A stretch of DNA of 44,982 nucleotides, taken from assembly GCA_900088475.1 (NCBI GenBank), contig FLMG01004533.1:1-44982 (forward strand). Direction: 5' to 3'. Shown here piece after piece: positions 26,297 to 37,467 of the stretch. Each line of letters begins with the position of its first letter. Within the stretch, counting starts at the first letter, position 1. The translations under genes were made by a program, and so were the position numbers. Source of the stretch: Hyphochytrium catenoides. Its lineage: Eukaryota; Protista; Hyphochytriomycota. Below the pieces are notes generated by a model. That model was not told the DNA's origin, did not search any database, and saw only the letters and a program-made list of their open reading frames with translations.

Positions 26297-26603
26297 TAAG
26301 ACTCTCGCCCATACTGCTGAGCATCCTTTGCACGCATAGCGGTCTTCAGCTTTAGATTATTGTTTTTTCGGTTCACTTCTTTGGCCTAAACCTATTGGGT
26401 GGGTGTTATGTTCTACTTTGATATAGTGTCTTCCGAAGCCAGATGGCTTGGCGACAAACTACGGCAATTTCGTCTGAAGGCGTACCGATATGGCTAGTGA
26501 GCGCTTTCTTCTACTTTATATTAATTCTTCCGGAGACAGATGGCATTGGGACAAACTACAGTCTCTGGGGACACTCAATGAGTATGGGCGAGCGAGAGTC
26601 TTA
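26297..26603. repeat. Degenerate element with terminal inverted repeats and an internal 98-nt tandem duplication (MITE-like)
   Basis: TAAGACTCTCGCCCATACT at 26297-26315 is the reverse complement of AGTATGGGCGAG(CGAG)AGTCTTA at 26581-26603. Internal units start TTCTACTTT at 26411 and 26509 and share TCTTCCG...CAGATGGC...GACAAACTAC. Confidence 0.5.
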
Positions 26604-27901
26604 GCTGAGATGCAATTGTGTTTTGGGGAGGAAAGCTTTACTGAGTAGGTTATGGTCGAGCGCTAGTTCCTCTAGAGCAGAGATAAAGAAGGAAGCAAAT
26701 AGGCATAGAAAGAAAGAGCTCAATGAGAAAAATATCAAGAGCAGAGTTCAGGTATATGGCGCGGAGAGCTAAATTGCACCGACAAGACCCGGATGGTGCA
26801 GAGTAGGTGGTAGTAGAGGCCAGAAAAGGCTTCACAGCACCAACAAAGCTTTATCCATTGTCTTGTCGTGAATAGTAGCCCGACCAGCTTCACAGGTCAT
26901 GTTGAGCCAGGAGACGTCTTTACCACAGGAGAAGCCGAGTGAAGGTTAGCCGATAGAGAGGGGACCAGAGAAGGTCAATAGGCATCATCACAAAGAAGAG
27001 GTAAAGCCCTTAGCAAGAATCAAATTCTTATTATTACCCGTTAGGCAGCGTTGGCTTCGGAAGAGGATAACGAGATTAATCAGTCAACACCGGGCTCACA
27101 CATATTAAATGCAACCTTAGTATCATAGTTTGTGCGCGCGTCGCTTCTTGGCTGTCATCAAAGTACTCGTACTTTCTTCTCAACTGCGGGATGCGACTCC
27201 TCGTGAGAGAGCACACCGGACGCATCCCCCATCTGCTACCGTTCCACATGCTATGCTCTTCATTACTCTTCGCTCTACTTATCTATCGCAAGATGTTCAC
27301 TTCCGCCTCAACCGATCTTGGCGTGTTGATCCTTGAGAGTTGACTGACGCTTCTCCTTCTCTCTCCGTTCTTCTGACAGAGTTCTGATCTTGGTTTTTCT
27401 GACTTCCAGCGCTTTTGGCGGGAACACCTGAAGGCCGTAGGGACGGCCGTTAGCGGTATTCTCAGGTGCATGAAGGACAGGAAGGTGGTAGATACCACAC
27501 ACGGCTCTGTCGTGGCTTTGGCTTGTCTTGATTATTCTCCGGCTGTAGGTCTTCCGTGCTGATTTGGGGCGTCCGGCTCCCTGATCCTTCGCCGTAGGCC
27601 AACTTGAGGTCTTTCTTGCCCAGCTTCTTGCCCAGCCAGCAGCGGCCGCAGGGTGGAGGCCGAGCTTGTGACAGCAACCGGAGATCATCACACAGCAGCA
27701 TCAGCCAATGTCTGATGCCTTCTCTTCCTTCCAGCTGCTCGTGCTCGGCCTCGGGAGGGAGATAAGAAAGCCCTGGCAACTGCGAAGTGGAAGGTTCATT
27801 GCAAGATTGCAAGGGCACGAAGGATAAGGGCTGCCGCCTTGAGGGGTGGATGTTGAGTTGATGGTGTGTTGCTATCGACTCGAAAGTATTTTTCAGTCAG
27901 G

Positions 27902-30900
27902 ATGGAGGAGCTAAGAGGTAGCATCAAGCTTTCTGCTAGTCAGACTCTGCCACGCGCTGCTGAGAATGGAAGCTCTGCAGGGCATCCGGGTCCAGACTTG
28001 TCTCGGTTGCACGCTCTGTGCGGAGCTCTTGGGTCTTCATCCAGCGCCGATGCACAAGAGAAAGCTATGGATGGCCTGCTCGAGTACCTAGCACGCCAGG
28101 CGGGCGGTTTCTTTGACCCTCCAATGGGCTACCCGCTACCCACTCCGGAGCATGTCCCTCATGAGGTGTTTCGTATACTGCGTGAAGAACTTGGCGCTTT
28201 CTTCGGTTTCTCAGGGTCGTCAACCACTGCTGATGAGGCGGCCTTGAAGTCTATAATCGCTAGATCAAAGGTAATCCCCGCGTTCATCTCGGCCTTGCAA
28301 AATGGCAAATCGCAGGGCGTGCGAACAAAAGCTGCTGTTGCCCTGGCTGCTGTTGGCTCCAAGTCAACAGAGCTGGCCGAACTTATGTTGGCCTCCAACT
28401 TTTTGTCAGCTCTCAAAAAGCTGCTTCGCGATGGCAACGTCAATGATGCACTCTGTGCACTGAACTGCATGTCAGCTCTGGCACCGCAACCGATAGCACA
28501 ATCCTTTGTGGAAGACTCCTTCATTCCAGATTTAATATTCAGTCGGTTCATGAATGACGGTGGTGCAGTGCGTATCTGTGCGATAAACGCAATGATCACA
28601 ATGTCTGATCTCGTGAAGATTGAACGGATTGAGAAGAGTGGAATGCTGGTGAGGCTGTTGAACATGCTTGCCACAGGCACTTTAGACGAAAGAGGCTCTG
28701 TTCTGTCTCTCTTTGTGAGTTGGGGCACGAAGGACCCGAAACGGCTTCACTTGTTGGCTAGAGTAGATGGCTTCCCTCTCGTCTTGGAGAGTTTCGGGGT
28801 AGAGGATGACGCCATTAGGCAGCTCTGCGCACAAGTCCTCAAACTTGGCATCAAGGAGAATGCAACAGATGTGGAAGACGTTCTACGCTCAATTGGCCAG
28901 CAGCTGATCACTACCCGTGAACCTGGAGTTGAAGCCTTCTTAAGGGTTCTTTTGGAGGTTGCATCGCAGAGTGAAGGTGCCAAGAAAATTGCACAGCACA
29001 ATTTAATGCGCTTCGTGTTCACGGAGCTTGGTAACCCAGATTCTGGTATTAGTACCATCGCCGCCCAAGTTGTTTATCAGCTATACCTCAATCCTGACAT
29101 GCAGAGGCGGATTGTTTGGGGCCTTGCCAAGATGACCAAAGTGAGGAACAGTGCGTACCGGTTAGGAGGCGCTCGCGGCATCAACTTCTTAGCGAAGACC
29201 AAGGAGTCTGAAAGGGTTGGCCTCAAAAAGTTGAAACTGGCACCTCTCTTACAGAAGATGCTCAAAGATCAACTGGATGAGATTCGTGTCTTGGCTGTGG
29301 AAGCTATTTGGTATTTGACCAATATCCTCGGTCTGGATGAGACGGTCAACTTGTTCTATGTAGGCTTGGAGTCTGCATCTCGTTATGTCAAGAACGAAGT
29401 GTGTGACCGGCTTGCCCTGGCTTCAACCCATCCAGATGCAAGAAGAAAACTTGTCGAGCGTGGCTTCCTGCCTCTCCTGCTGGAAGAGCTTAGGAGCCCT
29501 CCTTTGGATGGAGCCCTGCTTCAAACCTTGGAGAACATCGGGGTTGATCCGCGCTTCACGGTGCAAATCACCAAGACCCTTTGCACAATGATGACTCCTC
29601 CCGAGGTCCGAATCAATGGCTGTGTTATACTGTTAATTCAGCTTGCTCTTCGGGGACGCGCCGTGAGTGCAGCAATGGTCAAGGCTGGAGTTCTACCCTC
29701 CGTCCTGCGCCATCTGCGGGACGAGTGCAATTTGGTACGGCGACATGTTTCAAAGGTTCTCTTACTCTTGGCGGACGTATCCTGCTCACATGAGGAGCTG
29801 ATGAAGTGTAGCACCGTCCGGACTATCAAGGCAGCGCTTGCTGATGAGAATGTTGAAGACGTGCAAGAAAACTTAGTAGTTTTTCTCACTCGCCTGGCCT
29901 CTTCCACCAAGTTCAAGCGATTGTTGATCAGAGAAGGATTGATTCAGGTGCTTATGCACTTCATCGAGCAGGATGACGTAGGAGTTCGGGAGGCGGCGAT
30001 ATGCTTGCTCATGAGTATGGCCTTTGACGAACAGATCAGACCAGATCTGTCCAAGGTCCCAGAGCTAGTGTCGAAGCTTCAGGTCTTCGTTAAGCGTCCG
30101 AGCAGATATGGCTTTAGAATAGCGGAAGATCTCCTGGAGAGGCTTCTCAGTGAGCCGAAGAGGACTAGGAAGAACAGCATAGCTGGTCGAGGAGGTAAGA
30201 TTTCGCTTTTCTTGATGCGACAGTTTACTTTACAAGGGGTGCTGACGTTTTCGTCCTTTCTTTATTCTGGGTCAGCTCTCGAAGCTAATGAAAGGGAAAA
30301 TTTTATGAGCTTCATTCGCGGTCAAGACGATTGGGCTGCCAAAATCATGAATGCTAAGGTGGCACGGAAGTACAAGCTTCAAGCGTTTTTGGAAGGGATT
30401 CGTCTGGATACAGCAAACTCTGTTCTCCGAGATCTCANNNNNNNNNNNNNNNNNNNNNNNNNNNNNNNNNNNNNNNNNNCATCTGTTCGCGCGGTCAGAT
30501 TGGCTTCAATACTACGATGACGACAACTGCTCTTCGCTTCTACCATCGCAACGTTGCGTTGACTTTTACCAGCGTTCCATCAGAGTCAAAAGTATGAAGC
30601 ACAATGACGAGATCCTGAACTTCATTTGCCCTAAAGAGGTGTCAGACTGGCAGCCCTTGTTGGCGGGGAAGATGGTCATCTACTTCGAGGTTACGATTGT
30701 CTCCATGGGTCCAGAGCCAGAACCGCTTGATGAGACCTTGGAATCTAATGATGGTCAGAATGGAAGGGCAACTTTTGCTCAAGCATCCTTGGCCCCAGAA
30801 ACACGGCAGGATGTAGGTAATGGAACAACCTCACAGCAGGAAGAGGAGGAGGATGCGGATGAGGTTGATGACGACGAGTGTGATGACAGATGCGTCTCTA

Positions 30901-32754
30901 TCGGCTTCTGTGACGGAGATTATTCAGAGTCCGCCCACGTAGGGTTTGAGCCAGTATCCGTAGGATATGTCAGGTAAGGAGCCAGATGCCAATTAAAGTC
31001 TCTCTCCGTGGCAACTGAACACGTCTCCTCACAGTGATGCGGGTTCTATCACCGTTAACTCGGACGATATTGTGTTTGGCGAAGAGTTTGGCGAAGGAGA
31101 TGTCGTGGGCGCCGGGCTAGACCTCAACACTGGAGTTGTCTTTTTCACAAAGAATGGCTGCTTGCAACCTATGGATGACATGCCTGAGTTCCTTTGCTGC
31201 GGGAACTTCTTTCCTTGCGTGGCTCTTGAGGGCGGGCCAGAGATTATCGTCAATGGCGGAGCCCGGCCCTTTGTGTTTGACATCACCTCCCACATTGAGA
31301 CCATCGAGAGCTATCACTATGCCAGTGACAGTGAGGAAGATAGCCTGCATCGCAGAAGAGATTCTCAGCAAGGCCCGGCTGAGGGCAAGGGGAGTCAGGA
31401 AGGCTTCGCTGACGACGAGGACGATTGGGTGGATGATGACGGCTATGACGAGGATGAGTACGAAGAAGACGATGAGGAGGAAGAGGAGTACATCTGTGAC
31501 TGCTGTCGTCGCCGTAATGGCCTTCCTCCCGGAGAAGATGAAGAGGATGAGGAGGGTGTGGTTCGAGTGCCGTCCTGCCAACCTCACCCTTCAAAATGGG
31601 ATGCCAATTGCTGGGACGCCTTTTGCATTGTGTCCAACTTCAAGGCTTTGGATGTGCATGGGGTGGTCCCCCTCAAGCTAGAACAATTTTTGGCTTTGGA
31701 GCTGGGCACTTTAGCGGATGCGAAAGAGAAAGACTTTAAGCCAGGAGCCAGTCGTGGTGTACAGAATCTCATTGACCCCTCACTCTATCCGTATATCGAT
31801 GGCATCACTCTTCCGACCGACCAGGAGGTCGTGCTGACCAAGCGGCTGCGGAGGGATCACCTCTGTCGGTGGAATTTGGATGACTCTTCACGCTATCAAT
31901 GGTTGCCTTCTGACATCGCTATTGATAAGGCTGGCCAGGCTCAATTTCTCAGCTACATTAACAATCTGGACGAAGACCTCCATCCCGGACTCCGCAGAGC
32001 AATGCATCATCTCTTTACGATGTTTGTACCACTGTTTGAGGATGTTCTCGGGAAGGACCTTAAGGGGCAGACAGTGCAGGCTGTGGTCCGTGCAGAGACT
32101 TTCCTGGTAGAGCCAGGGCGAAAGTTTGATGGCCAGTGGACCATTGAGGGCCTGCCGCACGAGCACATTATCGCCTGTGGAATGTATGTGGTCTCTTCCT
32201 CGCCATGGCTGGTCGATCAAGGCATTGCTTTTCGTAGAGAACGCTATACCAACGACTATCCTCGCGGGCCGTCGGACATATTTGATCACGATCCTGAGAT
32301 CCAGGCGTGGGAGAACAACATCTTCCTTGGGACCGTGCCGACACCTCCGGGAACCATGGTGGCCTTCGAGAATCGAGCTCAGCATCGATTTGTCGGCATT
32401 AGAAACACTGGCACAGCTACAGGGAAGCACACGGTTTTAATGTTCCTTCTGGTCTCTCCCGATAGGAAGATTATATCGACTGCCGACGTGGTGCCTCAGC
32501 AAAGGGAGATCACGCTGAGGAAGCTTCTCGTCCTGTTGGATGAGATCTTCCGCCAGCGCTTCCACAAGGAGCTACCTGTTGACATTCTCACTCAGATCTG
32601 TGAATATGCTGTGCCCGAAGCTCTTAATTTTGTGGATGCTGAGCTACATCGCCTGGAAGATATGCGCGGCCGGCACCAGGCGCTGGCATATATGAGTAAG
32701 GAGTGGGAATCTACATATGAGGCCTACGACGAGGAGGAAGCGTTCCCCTACTAA
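27902..32754 (+). CDS. Large fusion protein: ARM/HEAT repeats + SPRY (RanBP9-type) + acidic linker + DUF4246-like domain
   Basis: ARM-like helical repeats span 27902-30150. SPRY motifs: 'YFEVTI...VSIGF...HVGFEPVSVGYVSDAG...FGEEFGEGDVVGAGL...VFFTKNG...FFPCVAL...VNGG'. DUF4246 motifs: 'LIDPSLYP', 'YQWLPSD', 'SYINNL', 'IISTADVVPQQ'. Introns at 30195-30275 and 30974-31034; the N gap at 30438-30479 interrupts the model. Confidence 0.8.
30438..30479. other. Assembly gap (42 N) inside a coding exon
   Basis: Run of N; the coding frame differs on the two sides. Confidence 0.99.
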
Positions 32755-34687
32755 GCGAGTATGTTCTAGAATAGTTTAGACGTAAGCGAGTGGGCGTGCA
32801 GCACAATGGGGCTGCAGTTTCTTGAAGTCACTCACGTAATGCGTGGAGACAATCCCTCTTAATAAAGGATTAGCTCTCCTTGCTCCCTCTCGTCTTTCCG
32901 TAAGAAGAACGTGCTATTGACCTCAATACCATCAGAGCCAGGTAGATAGTCTTTATTCCCGTTATTTCGCGAGGATGGCTCGTCAACATCTTTTAGGGAA
33001 GGACTCATGGCCGGCTTTAGAAGGAGCGAGAGCATCCTCCAGAGTTCTATTTGTCCACCCTATGCTCGCAGGCTAAAGCTTGTTTCTCCTAGGAAACCAC
33101 TTCAATCAATGCACCCAGCTCTTGCCTTTTATGGCCCCTTGCCTATAGTCCGTTACCAGGGCAACAGAAGCAGACAGCGTGAGGGTCAATCGTGTGCAGG
33201 ATGTCATTACTAAGATCTCTACTGTCCCTGATGAAGGTGGTCCTGTTCACCGCAGCAGCTGGCAGGGTTTGGTCTCTCTTGGTTCCTCTACAGAGCGACG
33301 CGACGCACAAGGTGTGGACCCTGATGTTCCCGGCATAGCAGCACCGACGACTCTTATTTAGACGCAATGCGTCCAGACCTTCAGTGGGAACCCATGCGAA
33401 ACCTCTACCGAGCTGTAAGTTGAGCTGTGGAACACAGAGCGGGTCTTGCAAGGAACTGAACTGGCTAGTAGAGTGGAGCTGTCCAACGGGTAGAGTAGAT
33501 CACCACATCAGCAGACGACGGTTGACAGCGACCTCTGGTCAGTTCTTTGTCAGCTCGAGGGGAGGCGGCTAAACATCGTGGAACCGAAAAGCTTATGGCT
33601 AAGGAAGAAGGAGCATTCGTGCTGTAGCTCTTACGGTTGATGTGTGCGGCTCGCTTGATAACCCATCACTGGCAAGCGGGTCTTTTCAGCACCAGGAAGC
33701 CTAAAAGGCAGGCTATACCTTAGAGCTGCAGCAGACCAGAAAGGCGTTACGGAACAGCACCAAGGGAGGCATGCCTCGGCACGAAGGCAGCCTTGCCCTA
33801 GGTGGGTGCACCAGGGCATCCATGGCTCAATTGTTTCCACCAGGACACACCCGGCTCGTTGTGCTCCTTCTACCATCCCTGACCTGCCGCCCTTGCCTCA
33901 GGCTTCTCCTCCTACCGACCGTCATTAGCTCCTCGCTCGGCATAATTGTGCTGCAAGGCCCATCTGAGCAACTGGTCTTGTCAAGATGTATCGGGGTGGT
34001 TCGTTATTCATGCATGATCCCCAATCGCTCAAACCTCTTTGACTGCTGTGTGTGGATTGTACTGGCCCCAGAGGAAGAGAAGCTCTTCCTAGCAATAAGC
34101 CGATCCGAAGCCTGCAGACGGGGCGATAATCTCTGCATTCTAGAGTTCCAGATCCAAGAATCATCAAAGCATAGAGCTTTCCGGGATATGAGATAGCCGG
34201 TAACGTTTGTAGGGGAGGAAGCCGTTATTACGTCCTTTCGCACTGTGTGACCATAATCTTTGCGTTGTGAGTCTGGGTCTTCCTCCTCATCCATACAGAA
34301 GGAGACGGAAGAGCAGGATCAACGGATCAGAGCTAATAAAGACGAGTCTGCCCTTCCTTCTTCTCTAGCTGGCGGCGAGGCGTGATGGAATCATTAGCAA
34401 GCAGAGCTTGAGTGCTTGTCGTCGTAAGCAGAGGGATTGTCCCCTGCCGGTTCTACTTGGTACTACGGACGGCGTACGACGACCTCAAAGGCACGATCTA
34501 CTCATTACTTTCTATTTTGAGCCCTCACCACCTGATCAATGGCTGCTTCTATCTTTGAATGTAATTGCCTGTGTTAGGTCTAAGTGAGTCTTTTGTTTTA
34601 CTGCCGCCACAAGCCTTGCTCCACCAGCTACTCGTCCTCGACAGAAAGCTTTGAAGCGAGTGGTGTAAGGAAAGTCCTCTCGGCATC

Positions 34688-35501
34688 ATGTCAGGTGGAT
34701 ATGAGTTCAAGGATCCTGTCATTGGAGAACTAGTCAAGTTCATTATGAGCCCTACGTTTCAGGTACAACCCAGACAGCGTCTCAAACGCCAGGATAGTCG
34801 ATCTTAGCAACTCTTAACCTTTTCTACGTCGTCGGGTCCTTCCTCTCCCTATTTCTGGTTTACATCTTGCCCTTCAGTATTACCCATCTCTGCTCTAAAC
34901 CTACTTCCATAACTGGTTGGTGGTCTCTGTTGTAGAATGATTTCGAGGCCTTCTTTGTCAAGCATGCTTCCAAATTCTCGCAGGAGAATGAGGAGCAAAC
35001 ACTCGAGTGCACGCAGATATACCAGCAGTTCCAAGAGCTCTTTGACCGCCATATCAAAAGTATGCATCTCTGTCACCCTGCTTCTTTGTCTAGAGAAAAG
35101 TTTGTTCTGTCTAGCACAGTCGCTCTTGAAAAGCTCACTCAGTCATCGTCATCCACTAATATGAGGCGCTTGATTGCTCTCCACCTAATCCCTCAACCTC
35201 TACAGCGTTCTTGAAAGACCAAGACCTGGATGAGGACGAATTTCTAGTACATGTTCGAGAAGCAGACAAGTCTGACCCCAGCGCCAGCGAATACCTATCG
35301 ATGATCCATGCAAGCATGGAGTACAGCAGCTTCGTCTCATTAATGGTGCTTATGAAGCCCGCCGAGCCCAAACAGAACCTCTCCGGAAAGAGGAATCACA
35401 AAGAGTTGGATGATGACGAGAAGATGGAGTCAGAAGAGAAAGATGCGAAAGCCGAGGCGAAAGGCTCTAAAGACGAGGATGATGACACAGATAAGAAATA
35501 G
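34688..35501 (+). CDS. BART-domain (ARL2BP/CFAP36-like) protein, 3 exons (34688-34762, 34936-35059, 35206-35501)
   Basis: Spliced frame ...LVKFIMSPTFQ/NDFEAFFVKHASKFSQENEEQTLECTQIYQQFQELFDRHIKT/FLKDQDLDEDEF...YLSMIHASMEYSSFVSLM matches the BART pattern (F...EE.KLEYT.I..EF..L...L..YE.F..MM). Confidence 0.8.
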
Positions 35502-35669
35502 CAGCCCAATCCTTAAGGTTCATAACCGTCTGCAGCAACTCTAGCTGGGGCAAGCAGATGGATGACACCCTGTGTAGTTCCCAGAGCATCTGCGGAATAC
35601 TAAACACTAAGACACCATCGTATGCAACATATAATGTAGGAAGATGTGGATTATATAAAGGTCGGCTTA

Positions 35670-36512
35670 CTATAAAGTTACCCACTGTACAGACTCAACG
35701 AAACGACCACGTTGACGGCTTCTACCTGACGCTACTGCACTTCTAGCTTCGTAGCGTACAGGCCGGGCAGTCAGACGCTTGTTCCTCTTGCGAATGTAAC
35801 GGTGAAGAGCGGCCTTACGGTCATCCGACTTGGTAGAGTGACAAACCCAGCAAGTATTTGGGTCATGTACTGTTCTAGATGAGAGCTTCTGGCGCTTGAA
35901 GGGTGGTGTATGGGGTAGGTCCGATTGTGAACTCTTTACCTCGAGGTCGGCTTCGCCTGCTATTCTGGGGATCTTGACATCCCTGATAAGAGATTGCCAT
36001 CGCTTTTCCCAAGAAACAACAACTGCATAGGCTTGTTCATCTGATGATCCGTCATCATCGCTAGATGAACCGTCATCCTCAACTTTAATAAGGACAGAAG
36101 GAGCAACAGGGCTGGCTAGAGGGATTGGCTGAAAAGCTTTCTTTGAAGGCTTCTCGATTGGAAGCAGCAGGTGGTCAACATCACAGTAAGAGTCCACATT
36201 CGTCAATTCTGGCTTCGACTTGGTGAGTCCATCACTTTCTGCCGATGTCTCAGCAAAGGACTCAAACATATCCACAAGGCTGTCCACATGGCTGGCGTCC
36301 TCAAAGTCATGTGCAGAGAGCTGCCCTCCACAATCATCACTGCCAGTGACGGGACCATCCAAATATAGTTCAGGCAGAAACGTCTCCCCAAGAACAGACA
36401 ATGACTCAGCAATGTCCAGAAATCCCAGCTCTGGACTCCCATCCAGAGGGGAGGCACTCACCCCCTTGGGGAGAGCACCTGAAAACATCTGATCCAGCTC
36501 GGAGGCGAACAT
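35670..36512 (-). CDS. CCT (CONSTANS/CO-like/TOC1) domain protein, single exon, ~280 aa
   Basis: C-terminal 'RKAALHRYIRKRNKRLTARPVRYEARSAVASGRSRQRGRFV' fits the CCT consensus. The N-terminus is acidic. The first true ATG is at 36512. Confidence 0.88.
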   Translation of the reverse strand: MFASELDQMFSGALPKGVSASPLDGSPELGFLDIAESLSVLGETFLPELYLDGPVTGSDDCGGQLSAHDFEDASHVDSLVDMFESFAETSAESDGLTKSKPELTNVDSYCDVDHLLLPIEKPSKKAFQPIPLASPVAPSVLIKVEDDGSSSDDDGSSDEQAYAVVVSWEKRWQSLIRDVKIPRIAGEADLEVKSSQSDLPHTPPFKRQKLSSRTVHDPNTCWVCHSTKSDDRKAALHRYIRKRNKRLTARPVRYEARSAVASGRSRQRGRFVESVQWVTL

Positions 36513-37401
36513 TGTCAGAGTCTTGTTTGGGCTGTGACACCTGGTAACACGATTCGTAGAAAGATTGGCGAGAAGAGAGTTGATGGAGCTCCATCTTAGC
36601 AACAAAGAGTGCTTAGTTCTCAAAGAACTAAGAGTCGCGCTTGCCTATAAAGGCGCGAGAAAAAACGGAGACGGTCGTCTATCACTCCATGGTTATTGTC
36701 TTCGTCTGGTTGAACCGAAAGTGAGAGACGCAGAAGGGAATGCATGCCAGGCATGAGCGCCTTTCTTGCAAGCGGCTACAGGCGCAACCTTGTCCTCGTC
36801 ACTTGGCGGCAGTGCCACCAGCCAAACCCGTGTGAATATTCGAGTGACGCGGCGCCTCAGACCTGTGCCTCTAGTGTTCACTTTCTTCGCGCTTTGTTGC
36901 TTCGTACCTAAGAGTTATACTGGTAGGGCGAAGGCACAAGTTAGGTCAGTCTGCTGTCTGGTACAAGGGTTCTGAAGGGAATAGGCAGATAGTAAGGTGG
37001 CCACAATAAATGTATGGGAATTGAACGGCATCTGCTGGTAGAGAGGCGACAGTCTGCTGGGGAATGTTCTTGTGGTATCATTTGCCCCCCGTTCTCTGGA
37101 GGCGTGTAGGTCATAGCTGGTCTGTGTTTATGGCTTATGTTAGTTGAAACCTCCGTCCTGCGCCCACCCGGCCGTACACTCACTCTATTCTCTCTTTACG
37201 AGGGACACTATTTGCCATCAAATTATACAGCTTGAGGTTTTCTTAGCAGGAGTAATTGACTCTTGGATAAAGGTTTCAATGGACACCGAGTATAAAGGCG
37301 TTAGCGGCTTTGATGGCCCCTACCCGCTTCTAAATATCCTTCGCCAGTTCGGGAAGTCTGTCTTTCTCCCTGGGGTGGGTGGGAGGTAGGAAGGATAGCT
37401 G

Positions 37402-37467
37402 TGACGTCCTCTGGTAGGAGGTCTCTGATTGGCTGTAGCTTCACCAATGACGCTGGCTGATTGGCTG
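37402..37467. promoter_or_regulatory. Putative MAT promoter: TGACGT plus three CCAAT boxes
   Basis: TGACGTC at 37402, CTGATTGGCTG twice (37425-37435, 37457-37467), CCAAT at 37444, followed by a CT-rich tract typical of a transcript 5' end. Confidence 0.55.

Noticed and set aside
27130-27818. Overlapping minus-strand ORFs upstream of the ARM gene
   Set aside because: No family motifs; likely promoter or UTR sequence.
30351-30520. Apparent frameshift in the ARM-SPRY gene
   Set aside because: It coincides with the 42-N gap, whose length is only an estimate, so there is no evidence for programmed frameshifting.
33007-34294. Cluster of 60-140 aa ORFs on both strands
   Set aside because: I could not assemble a gene or recognise a transposon protein.
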